A stretch of DNA of 36,779 nt from an uncultured Gammaproteobacteria bacterium. GTDB taxonomy: Bacteria > Patescibacteriota > Patescibacteriia > Magasanikbacterales > UBA922. Shown here one piece after another: positions 26,078 to 33,489 of the stretch (within the stretch, counting starts at the first letter, position 1; each line of letters begins with the position of its first letter). The position numbers and the translations under genes are program-made. The notes beneath the pieces were generated by a model. It saw nothing but the letters and a program-made list of their open reading frames with translations. It was not told where the DNA came from and made no database searches. The stretch is taken from positions 4,190 to 40,968 of the forward strand of contig CAYPPF010000005.1 in assembly GCA_964412535.1 (NCBI GenBank), read 5' to 3'.

Positions 26078-26106
26078 AGTATAGCAGATTTTGATAGTTT
26101 TGTCAA
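26078..26106 (-). promoter_or_regulatory. consensus sigma70 promoter (minus strand) of the large RNA locus
   Basis: The minus strand reads TTGACA (26106-26101), exactly 17 nt, TATACT (26083-26078). Confidence 0.65.
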
Positions 26107-26165
26107 GGGGTTATGTGTTAATATAGCATATTTTTGGCTAAAATAAGGTAAATCTGGCTCTAAAA

Positions 26166-26198
26166 GGCTCTACTCTTGTTAGAGCCTTTTGTTTTTTT
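26166..26198 (+). terminator. hairpin plus T-run (terminator-like), partly inside direct-repeat copy 1
   Basis: GGCTCTA (26166-26172) / TAGAGCC (26180-26186), then TTTTGTTTTTTT. No obvious plus-strand gene lies upstream of it. Confidence 0.4.
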
Positions 26199-26211
26199 GG
26201 GGTGTGGATAA
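26179..26211 (+). repeat. 33-bp direct repeat, copy 1 (left boundary of the two-gene cassette)
   Basis: TTAGAGCCTTTTGTTTTTTTGGGGTGTGGATAA, identical to 27399-27431. It ends in a perfect DnaA-box 9-mer (26203-26211). Confidence 0.9.
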
Positions 26212-26217
26212 TTAGTA

Positions 26218-26246
26218 TTGACAGCGTATCATTTATGGTATATAGT
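26218..26246 (+). promoter_or_regulatory. sigma70-type promoter of the cassette
   Basis: TTGACA (26218-26223), 17-nt spacer, TATAGT (26241-26246). Confidence 0.6.
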
Positions 26247-26272
26247 ATACAGTATAAACTATATACCATAAA
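26232..26272. promoter_or_regulatory. perfect 15-bp inverted repeat (candidate operator or 5'-UTR hairpin)
   Basis: TTTATGGTATATAGT (26232-26246) and ACTATATACCATAAA (26258-26272), 11 nt apart. It covers the -10 box and ends 2 nt before the ATG at 26275. Confidence 0.6.
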
Positions 26273-26274
26273 GT

Positions 26275-27033
26275 ATGAAGACTGATACTAGACAAAAAAT
26301 GTTTAAATTTATAGAAGAAAAGGGACAAGTAGCACCTAAAGAAATTGTTGATTTTATTGGTTTTAGTGCACCAGCTGTTTTCCGTCAATTAAAAAAATTA
26401 ATTGATGAGGGAAAAATACAAAAAACAGGAAGCCCTCCTCACGTGCTATATCACTTACCAATGTCACCAAAAGAGCTGGCTGTTCAGCCGGCAATTAGCT
26501 GGACTTCTTCATTGACACCACCTGAATTGGAGCCAGATGACCACTGTCAAACCAGGGATGTATTCCAAGCCAGGCACGGTAAGTTACCAAAAGATCTTGG
26601 TAGTGTTATAAAAGAAGAACAATTAGTTTTTTTACTGTCAGCAGTAATCGGCGAAATAGGGAACAATTCTTTTGATCACAATTTGGGTAATTGGCCTGAT
26701 ATGCCAGGGGTGTTTTTCCGGATTGATTTTAAAAAGAGAGTCATTCTTTTGGCAGACAGAGGACAGGGGGTCTTGACCAGCTTACAAAAAGTAAGACCAA
26801 ATATTCCTAATCACAGAGAGGCAATAAAGATCGCCTTTACAGAAATATTATCAGGTCGAATGCCAGAACATCGAGGGAATGGGTTGAAGTTTGTAAGGCG
26901 GGTAATTGAGGAAAACAAGCTGCTGTTAAGGTTTTATTCTGGGTCAGCTAAGTGTATAATACAAAATGGTAAAACAAAATTTTTAGATTCTGACAAAAAT
27001 ATAAAAGGCACTGTAGCCGTGATAGAATTTTAA
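26275..27033 (+). CDS. winged-HTH domain fused to a GHKL (HATPase_c, RsbW/SpoIIAB-like) ATPase/kinase domain
   Basis: The N-terminus (FKFIEEKGQVAPKEIVDFIGFSAPAVFRQLKKLIDEGKIQK) looks like a MarR/ArsR-type wHTH. The C-terminus carries an N-box (EIGNNSFDH), a G1 box (DRGQG) and a G2 box (GNGLKF). Confidence 0.75.
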   Translation: MKTDTRQKMFKFIEEKGQVAPKEIVDFIGFSAPAVFRQLKKLIDEGKIQKTGSPPHVLYHLPMSPKELAVQPAISWTSSLTPPELEPDDHCQTRDVFQARHGKLPKDLGSVIKEEQLVFLLSAVIGEIGNNSFDHNLGNWPDMPGVFFRIDFKKRVILLADRGQGVLTSLQKVRPNIPNHREAIKIAFTEILSGRMPEHRGNGLKFVRRVIEENKLLLRFYSGSAKCIIQNGKTKFLDSDKNIKGTVAVIEF

Positions 27034-27043
27034 TTTTAATAAT

Positions 27044-27319
27044 ATGAAATTAGAACTTAAAAAATTCGGTACAACTTTAAGCTCCCGGCCTGCTGCGAAA
27101 GAGGCGTGGGCAGTAACGCGTGCTTATATTTTAAAAGACAAGCAACCCGGAGAAAAAATAGAAATTGATTTTGATGGTGTACAAGTTTTAACTCCATCTT
27201 GGGCTGATGAGTTCATCTCTTCACTTAAACAAGAACATCCAAATGATGTGGTTCTTCTTCCGTCTGACAATGCTTCAGTAAAAATGTCGCTTGAGTTTGT
27301 TGGAAAAGAATCAAATTGA
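27044..27319 (+). CDS. STAS-like small protein (DUF4325-type)
   Basis: 91 aa. SSRPAAKEAW ... IEIDFDGVQVLTPSWADEFISSL resembles the STAS/anti-anti-sigma fold signature as I recall it for DUF4325. It starts 10 nt after the GHKL gene. Confidence 0.7.
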   Translation: MKLELKKFGTTLSSRPAAKEAWAVTRAYILKDKQPGEKIEIDFDGVQVLTPSWADEFISSLKQEHPNDVVLLPSDNASVKMSLEFVGKESN

Positions 27320-27340
27320 TTAGAGTTGACAAAATAATAA

Positions 27341-27370
27341 AAACCACCAGTAATAGGCTGGTGGTTTTTT
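27341..27370 (+). terminator. intrinsic terminator of the cassette
   Basis: AAACCACCAG-TAATAGG-CTGGTGGTTT followed by TTTT. Confidence 0.7.
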
Positions 27371-27398
27371 ACTGTGCCTTGGTTATATATGGGGTTTA

Positions 27399-27431
27399 TT
27401 AGAGCCTTTTGTTTTTTTGGGGTGTGGATAA
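27399..27431 (+). repeat. 33-bp direct repeat, copy 2 (right boundary of the cassette)
   Basis: Identical to 26179-26211. Here the 5' arm of the hairpin is missing, so this copy is not a terminator. It contains a DnaA-box 9-mer at 27423-27431. Confidence 0.9.
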
Positions 27432-27447
27432 ATGTGGTTGTAAATGG

Positions 27448-27476
27448 TTGCTAAGTGTTTCAGAGTGGTATATAAT
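27448..27476 (+). promoter_or_regulatory. mraZ (dcw cluster) promoter
   Basis: TTGCTA (27448-27453), 17-nt spacer, TATAAT (27471-27476). Confidence 0.6.
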
Positions 27477-27484
27477 GGAAGTAC

Positions 27485-27504
27485 GTGGGGAAAAGTGGGG
27501 AAAA
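27485..27504 (+). promoter_or_regulatory. tandem MraZ-box-like repeats
   Basis: GTGGGGAAAA occurs twice in tandem (27485-27494 and 27495-27504), just downstream of the -10 box. MraZ is known to bind GTG[GT]-containing direct repeats at about 10-nt spacing upstream of its own gene. Confidence 0.6.
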
Positions 27505-27535
27505 TGCTTGTCTTCCTACTTTAGCAAAGACAACT

Positions 27536-27967
27536 ATGTTTATCGGTGAATACACCCATAATTTAGATGAAAAGGGACGCTTGGCTGTACCTAAAAAGTT
27601 TAGGGCTGAGCTGTCTAAAGGAGCAGTTGTTACCCGCGGTTTGGACAACTGCTTGTTTCTGTACACTAAAATTGAATGGAAAAAGCTTGCTGATAAGTTA
27701 GCTGGCTTGCCATTTTCACAAGCAAACTCTAGAGCCTTTGCCCGTTTGATGTTGGCTGGGGCTATGGACGTAAAGACAGACAAACAAGGTAGGGTAATAC
27801 TTCCTGAATATCTGCGCAGCTTTGCTGGTCTCAAAAAGAACATAATCGTTGCAGGTCTATACAACCGCCTCGAGATCTGGGACCAGAAGAAGTGGGCAGA
27901 TTACAAAAACAAGACTGAAAGTGAGAGTAGTGCAATTTCTGAACAAATGTTTGAGTTGGGAATCTAA
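27536..27967 (+). CDS. mraZ: division/cell-wall cluster transcriptional regulator MraZ
   Basis: MFIGEYTHNLDEKGRLAVPKKFR ... DKQGRVILPEYLR shows the two SpoVT/AbrB-like halves. Trimmed from GTG 27485 to ATG 27536. Confidence 0.93.
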   Translation: MFIGEYTHNLDEKGRLAVPKKFRAELSKGAVVTRGLDNCLFLYTKIEWKKLADKLAGLPFSQANSRAFARLMLAGAMDVKTDKQGRVILPEYLRSFAGLKKNIIVAGLYNRLEIWDQKKWADYKNKTESESSAISEQMFELGI

Positions 27968-27979
27968 TCTGTCTGTTAT

Positions 27980-28879
27980 ATGAAGCATGTACCTGTTTTG
28001 ATTAAAGAGGTGATTGATGGCTTGGAACTAAAGCCAGGTGATAGTGTGGTTGACTGCACTCTAGGAGATGCTGGTCATGCAGAAGAGATTTTGAACACTA
28101 TTGAACCTGGGCGACTTCTGGGAATTGATGCTGATCCTGAGGCTGTCCTACGTGCTAAGCAGTATTTATACAATTTTGGTGAAAGAGTGGAGTTTGTTAG
28201 AGACAACTTTGTAAATTTAAAACAAATAATAGAAAAAAATGATTTTACGCCAATTAATGCCATTTTGTTTGACCTGGGTTGGTCTAGCCCGCAGTTTGAG
28301 GAGCGGCGCAGAGGTTTTAGCTTTTATAAAGCAAGTGACCCTCTAGACATGAGATACAGTGGTGGCTCTGAGTTAGAGAGTGCTGCAGATTTGGTTAATA
28401 ATTGGGATAAGGATGATTTGGCAAAGATATTTAGAGAGTGTGGAGAGGAAAAATTAAGTAGAGAGATAGCAGAAGGGATAGTGGAGAAGAGAAAACAGGG
28501 TGAGATAGAAAAGGTGAGTGAGCTGGTGGAAATCATTTTACAAATTTATAGAGAAAAACTTAACACAGACAAGGAAATTCCTTGGATCGGTGGCTTGCAT
28601 CCTGCTACTAAAGTATTCCAAGCTTTGAGAATGGCGGTTAATGATGAATTGGGTGTATTGGAAAAGGTTTTACCCCAGGCAGTTGATGTACTGGCTCCTG
28701 GTGGGAAAATAGCAGTAATATCCTTTCATTCAGGAGAGGATAGGATAGTGAAGCATTTTTTCAAGGGTAGGGATGATGTGAAGGTTATAAATAAAAAGCC
28801 GATTATCGCTGGCGAGGAGGAGATTAAGTCTAATCCTAGAGCTAGATCAGCTAAATTAAGAATAGTGGAGAAAATATGA
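27980..28879 (+). CDS. rsmH: 16S rRNA (cytosine1402-N4)-methyltransferase RsmH (MraW)
   Basis: HVPVLIKEVIDGL, DCTLGDAGHAEEIL, FDLGWSSPQ, SFHSGEDRIVK, NPRARSAKLR. Confidence 0.95.
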   Translation: MKHVPVLIKEVIDGLELKPGDSVVDCTLGDAGHAEEILNTIEPGRLLGIDADPEAVLRAKQYLYNFGERVEFVRDNFVNLKQIIEKNDFTPINAILFDLGWSSPQFEERRRGFSFYKASDPLDMRYSGGSELESAADLVNNWDKDDLAKIFRECGEEKLSREIAEGIVEKRKQGEIEKVSELVEIILQIYREKLNTDKEIPWIGGLHPATKVFQALRMAVNDELGVLEKVLPQAVDVLAPGGKIAVISFHSGEDRIVKHFFKGRDDVKVINKKPIIAGEEEIKSNPRARSAKLRIVEKI

Positions 28880-29220
28880 CCACTTACCAGACAAAACACC
28901 AGACCATGAGACAGAAGAGGCTTGCTGTAAAGCAATGGCTCTTAGGCACTACTTTTAGGTGTGTACTCCTTACATCCGTTGCTGTGTTCGGTATAATGTA
29001 CGTAGTACAGACTAGCTCTATCTCTACTAAAGGGTATGAAATCAATGACCTTGAGGGGCAGATTCAAGTTCTAGAGCAGGAAAATCAAAAACTAGAATTT
29101 GAAATTGCCACCCACCGTTCAATGAAAAGCATTCAAGAGAGACTTGATGGCTTGGGCTTGGTAATGGCAGATCGAGTAGATTATGCTACATTAGTTGGTA
29201 CAGCAGTTGCTAGACGTTAA
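28876..29220 (+). CDS. FtsL-like cell-division protein (single TM plus coiled coil)
   Basis: 114 aa. TM segment (VLLTSVAVFGIMYVV) followed by a heptad-like LEGQIQVLEQENQKLEFEI. It holds the ftsL position after rsmH, with an ATGA overlap. Confidence 0.6.
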   Translation: MTTYQTKHQTMRQKRLAVKQWLLGTTFRCVLLTSVAVFGIMYVVQTSSISTKGYEINDLEGQIQVLEQENQKLEFEIATHRSMKSIQERLDGLGLVMADRVDYATLVGTAVARR

Positions 29221-29237
29221 CAAGAATCTACATATAT

Positions 29238-29261
29238 ATCCCCCTAACTGGGGATTTTTTT
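29238..29261 (+). terminator. intrinsic terminator after the ftsL-like gene
   Basis: ATCCCC-CTAACT-GGGGAT followed by TTTTTTT. Confidence 0.65.
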
Positions 29262-29323
29262 ATTTCTGTGGTATAATATCGATATAAATTGTCAATAATC
29301 AATAGTTATTGGTGTTTGAAGTT

Positions 29324-29677
29324 ATGTGGATCTTAGTGATACAACGAATGGTGTTGGAATTAGTGCTTGACTTAGTATACTTCCCTTTGTGGTGGTATAC
29401 AGCTGGTACTAAAAAAGCAGCTATAACATGCTATCATCTTCTGCAAGACGGGAATATGCGAATGGCTCCTGGTTTGTGGCTGAAAAATATTTTTGTCCCC
29501 ATGTATGGGCAAACAGACTGGCGAGGAAGGCTGACCAGTTTTTTTGTGCGCTCAGCTAATATTGTATTAAGAGGCTTTGCTCTCCTTGTTTGGCTAATAG
29601 TGGTGGTAATGATTTTCCTTCTTTGGTTAGTTTTCCCAGTTTTTGTAGTGTATATGCTTTTTCAATCTATAGCTTGA
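29324..29677 (+). CDS. hypothetical membrane protein
   Basis: About 117 aa with 3 hydrophobic segments. An extended -10 (TGGTATAAT, 29269-29277) lies upstream. The start is uncertain (TTG 29309 or ATG 29324). Confidence 0.55.
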   Translation: MWILVIQRMVLELVLDLVYFPLWWYTAGTKKAAITCYHLLQDGNMRMAPGLWLKNIFVPMYGQTDWRGRLTSFFVRSANIVLRGFALLVWLIVVVMIFLLWLVFPVFVVYMLFQSIA

Positions 29678-29679
29678 TT

Positions 29680-32439
29680 ATGTTGTTTACTAAGAATGCC
29701 CCCCTCAACCTATTACCCTGCAACACCTGCCTTGGAAGCGGGTATGTTGGGGTACGCAAGTGTTCTGAATGCAAAGGCATGAGCATGGGTAGAATGGTGA
29801 GAGGCAAGTTTTTGTACTGGGGAGAGCCTTTAACTAGGTATCATATAAAGGTGAGGCAAGGGAGAAGGTTTTTAGACAAGTTTAGGGCAATAGGGGCACT
29901 AATATTTGGATTAGGGTTTTTAGGGTTATTTTTCTGGCTAGTATCAGGTAAAGGATTGTTTAATGAAATCTTCAAGGTTGATTTTTGGACGAGTAGGAAT
30001 GATTTTCTTGCCCCGTTGTTTTGGATGGCCATTATATCCTTCAGTTATTTGGTATACAGGATAGTGGTGGTAGACAAGCAGCCTGTGCCAGTGGAATGGC
30101 ATGAGTATGATAGTGATGAAGCCGTTAGGAAAGAGAAAAAGGGTCCAGGCTTGCAAACATGGCGTCAGGCGATAAAATTATCAAAGAAAAAAAGAAAGGA
30201 TATAACCAAGAGCTTTACTAGTGATGTAATGCAGGTATTAGAAGAGGCATATTATGTAGCAGACAAGCATCAGAGCGACTTTGTGGCACCAGCTCATGTT
30301 TTCTTTGCTCTTCTTTCTTCAAATAAGGTAGCTAATGTTTTTATACGCCTAGGTATTCCAGTACAAACCTTGCAGGCTCATTTAGCAAAAGCTTTTGTTG
30401 CCAGTAAAAAGAACAGAGTGCCTGTGATTTCTGAAGGTGTGCAACAGATTCTTTTCCAGGCATATGAAAAGGCATTTGTCGACCATCAGGAGTTTGTACA
30501 TGTTACAGAGTTGTTAATTACAACAGTGCGTCAAGATGAGAAAATACAAGAATTATTATATGATCTTAAGGTGGACAAGGACAAGCTGTCTAATGTAATA
30601 GAATGGTTGCGTATTCGCGAGCGTTTACGTTGGCAATACAAGAAATTTCACAGGGCAGCTTCTAGGAGAAGTAAACATGGATTAGATCGAGCTATGACAG
30701 CAATAGCCACTCCATATTTGAATAGTTTTAGTCAGGATATAACAATAGCGGCTAAATATAATAACCTATCTCCTTGTGTTGCTAGAGACAAAGAAATTGA
30801 AGAGATTTTTCGTATTATTGAAGGTGGTAGACAAAGTGTGGTATTAGTAGGAGAGCGAGGGGTTGGTAAAATGAGTATTGTCGAGGGAATTGCTCAAAAG
30901 ATGGTGGAAGAGGAAGTTCCTAAGAGGCTTAGAGACAAAAGGTTGGTACAGCTATCAACTTCATCTCTAATGGCAGGTACTACTCTGAGTGGGGCGCAAG
31001 AAAGATTAATACGGATAATGAATGAGGTTTCAAGAGCTAAGAATATAATTTTGTTTATAAAAAATATACATGATTTGATTAGCATAAGCTCTAATGAGGG
31101 TAGTGAAGGATTGGATGTTTCCGAAACTTTGTCTGAGTTTCTTGGTCCGGGTAAGTTCCTTACCTTGGCCACCACCACTCCAGAGGGATTTAATCAACAC
31201 ATTTTGAATTCAGAAATAGGTTCAGTACTTTCACGAGTGGATGTGAAAGAGATGGATGATAACCAAGCAATACAGGTGTTGGAATCAAAAGTGGGGCCCT
31301 TAGAGTACAAACATCAAGTATTTTTCTCATATGATGCTCTTTCTCAGTCTGTTGTTCTGGCAAAGAGATTTTTACATGATCAAAATCTTCCTGAAAGCGC
31401 TATTTCAATAATGACAGAATCTGCTAGTTTAGTGCGCAACCAAAAAGGGGAGAATCATTTAATTAGTGCTGATGATGTTGCCTCTATCGTGGGTGGGAAG
31501 ACTGGGATTCCTGTAGCAAGTATTTCTGAGGATGAATCTACTAGACTATTACGTTTAGAAGAGGAAATGCACAAAAGGATAATAGGGCAGGATCAAGCAG
31601 TGAAAATAGTTGCAAGTGCTTTGCGTAGAGCTAGGGCAGAAATACGTTCACAAAAGAGGCCTATTGCAAACTTTTTGTTTTTAGGACCAACTGGAGTAGG
31701 TAAGACTGAATTAGCCAAGACAATTGCCAGTGTATATTTTGGTGGAGAAAAAAGAATGGTGCGAGTTGATATGAGTGAGTTTCAAGATAAATCTAGTATA
31801 TATAGGTTGATTGGCCAGCCAAATAGGCAGGGAACAGGAATATTAACTGAAGCAGTAAGGCAGAATCCATTTTCTTTAGTATTGTTGGATGAAATGGAAA
31901 AAGCAGATCCAGATGTCCTTAATTTGTTCTTACAAGTATTTGATGATGGTAGATTGACTGATAGTACTGGTAAGGTAATAGATTTTACTAATTCCATTAT
32001 TATTGCCACTTCTAATGCAGCCACTTCATATGTTCAACAGCAGATTGAACAGGGGATTGAATTAGAAGAAATACGTCAGGATTTGATTAAGGGAGAGTTG
32101 AAAAAGTACTATCGTCCTGAATTTATCAACAGATTTGATGGTATTGTATTGTTCAAGTCTTTGAAAAGGGATGAGATAAAGAAGATAGCTGGTTTGATGT
32201 TGAAAAGGGTGGCTAAAGATTTAGAAAAAAGAGGGGTTGGTTTGCGAGTGGAAGAAGCTGCACTAGAGTCCTTGGCAGAAGTGGGCTTTGATCCACAGTT
32301 TGGTGCCCGCCCTATGCGAAGAGCTATTCAAGAACATGTAGAAAATCAATTAGCAGAATTAGTTCTTGGGAATAAGCTAAATCGCAGGGATGTTGTAGTT
32401 CTTGGAAAAGAGTGTAATATATCAATAGAGGGAGAATAA
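29680..32439 (+). CDS. Clp/Hsp100-family AAA+ ATPase with N-terminal zinc ribbon, two TM helices and a degenerate first AAA module
   Basis: Trimmed to the ATG at 29680, since the ORF-track start at 29590 overlaps the upstream gene. Features: CNTCLGSGYVGVRKCSECKG (two CxxCxG); TMs AIGALIFGLGFLGLFFWLV and LAPLFWMAIISFSYLVY; a Clp_N-like repeat; D1 GERGVGKMS / ILFIKNIH (Walker B DE replaced by KN); D2 GPTGVGKTELAK / LVLLDEMEKA. There is no M-domain insertion. Confidence 0.85.
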   Translation: MLFTKNAPLNLLPCNTCLGSGYVGVRKCSECKGMSMGRMVRGKFLYWGEPLTRYHIKVRQGRRFLDKFRAIGALIFGLGFLGLFFWLVSGKGLFNEIFKVDFWTSRNDFLAPLFWMAIISFSYLVYRIVVVDKQPVPVEWHEYDSDEAVRKEKKGPGLQTWRQAIKLSKKKRKDITKSFTSDVMQVLEEAYYVADKHQSDFVAPAHVFFALLSSNKVANVFIRLGIPVQTLQAHLAKAFVASKKNRVPVISEGVQQILFQAYEKAFVDHQEFVHVTELLITTVRQDEKIQELLYDLKVDKDKLSNVIEWLRIRERLRWQYKKFHRAASRRSKHGLDRAMTAIATPYLNSFSQDITIAAKYNNLSPCVARDKEIEEIFRIIEGGRQSVVLVGERGVGKMSIVEGIAQKMVEEEVPKRLRDKRLVQLSTSSLMAGTTLSGAQERLIRIMNEVSRAKNIILFIKNIHDLISISSNEGSEGLDVSETLSEFLGPGKFLTLATTTPEGFNQHILNSEIGSVLSRVDVKEMDDNQAIQVLESKVGPLEYKHQVFFSYDALSQSVVLAKRFLHDQNLPESAISIMTESASLVRNQKGENHLISADDVASIVGGKTGIPVASISEDESTRLLRLEEEMHKRIIGQDQAVKIVASALRRARAEIRSQKRPIANFLFLGPTGVGKTELAKTIASVYFGGEKRMVRVDMSEFQDKSSIYRLIGQPNRQGTGILTEAVRQNPFSLVLLDEMEKADPDVLNLFLQVFDDGRLTDSTGKVIDFTNSIIIATSNAATSYVQQQIEQGIELEEIRQDLIKGELKKYYRPEFINRFDGIVLFKSLKRDEIKKIAGLMLKRVAKDLEKRGVGLRVEEAALESLAEVGFDPQFGARPMRRAIQEHVENQLAELVLGNKLNRRDVVVLGKECNISIEGE

Positions 32440-32447
32440 TCTAAGAC

Positions 32448-33488
32448 ATGTATTTAGCATACTTTTTAGTTTCATTAACATTGGCTGTATTGCTAACACC
32501 ACTGGTCCGCATATTAATGCGGCATTTTATGATAGAAGATGAGCCAAGAGACGAGAAAAGAAAGATCCACAAGGAAAAGGTTCCTTTAGGAGGAGGACTG
32601 GCTATATTTTTGTCTTTCTTTCTTGTTTTGTTAGTTATATTTTTAACAACTGACCATATTGGTCAGAATATAGCTCCCAAGCATTTACTAGGGTTGTTTT
32701 TAGGGGGGTTGGTGTTGATGATAGTTGGAGTCTTGGATGACAAGTATAGTTTGAGGGCAAAACAGCAAATATGGTTTCCAATTGTAGCTGCCTTGATAGT
32801 TATTGTTTTTGGCATAGGTCCTGACACTATTACTAACCCATTTGGAGGAGTATTTAGGTTAGATTCTGTTAACTTTGGTAATTGGGTGGTATTAGCAGAC
32901 GTTGTGGTGTTTTTCTGGTTAATGGGCATGATGTTTACCACCAAGCTGTTAGATGGTTTAGATGGCTTAGTGGCTGGCATAGTGTCTATTGGAGCTTTGA
33001 TGATCGCTTTTTTGAGCTTACAGAGCCAGTGGTTTCAGCCAGATGTTGCTTTGGTCTCCATTGTCTTTGCCGGTTGTTGTCTGGGTTTTTTGTTTTGGAA
33101 TTGGCATCCTGCCAAGATATTTTTGGGAGAAGGGGGAAGCTTGTTCGCAGGTTTTGTACTCGGATCCCTGGCTGTTATATCAGGTAGTAAGATTGCAACT
33201 ACGTTGCTGGTAATGGGTATTCCAATACTAGATGTGGCTCGTGTAATTGTTTTACGTGTTTACAAAAAGAAGCCAGTGTATGTGGGAGATGCAGAACATC
33301 TTCATTTCCGTTTGCTTCAGTCTGGCCTTACTCAGCAACAAGCAGTATTACTGTTGTATGGAATTTCTTTTCTGTTTGGAATCACAACTTTGTTCTTGCA
33401 AAGCAGTGAGAAATTAATTGCGTTGCTATTCTTGTTTGTTCTCATGTTGTTAGTGGGAATTGGATTTTCACGCAAGAAAGATAAATAG
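32448..33488 (+). CDS. glycosyltransferase family 4 polyprenyl-phosphate sugar-1-phosphate transferase (WecA/TagO/MraY superfamily)
   Basis: About 10 TMs. Contains VLDDKYSL, TKLLDGLDGLVAG and GDAEHLHFRLL, which is WecA-type rather than the MraY PIHHHFE motif. Confidence 0.85.
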   Translation: MYLAYFLVSLTLAVLLTPLVRILMRHFMIEDEPRDEKRKIHKEKVPLGGGLAIFLSFFLVLLVIFLTTDHIGQNIAPKHLLGLFLGGLVLMIVGVLDDKYSLRAKQQIWFPIVAALIVIVFGIGPDTITNPFGGVFRLDSVNFGNWVVLADVVVFFWLMGMMFTTKLLDGLDGLVAGIVSIGALMIAFLSLQSQWFQPDVALVSIVFAGCCLGFLFWNWHPAKIFLGEGGSLFAGFVLGSLAVISGSKIATTLLVMGIPILDVARVIVLRVYKKKPVYVGDAEHLHFRLLQSGLTQQQAVLLLYGISFLFGITTLFLQSSEKLIALLFLFVLMLLVGIGFSRKKDK

Positions 33489-33489
33489 T

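Noticed and set aside
10088-27431. A replication origin (oriC), suggested by the perfect DnaA boxes.
   Set aside because: The boxes are single and kilobases apart, two of them are copies within the 33-bp repeat, no dnaA or dnaN is nearby, and there is no clustered box array with an adjacent AT-rich unwinding element.
29590-29679. The ORF-track start at 29590 for the Clp-like gene, and similar upstream extensions: 51 for the AbrB-like gene, 10152 for hrcA, 14209 for dnaJ, 20444 for lepA, 23745 for the RNase, 27485 for mraZ, 33460 for DUF192, 34487 and 34992 for the island genes.
   Set aside because: The extensions overlap upstream genes, promoters or operators and add non-homologous residues. 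Internal ATGs give N-termini that match the family or signal-peptide expectations.
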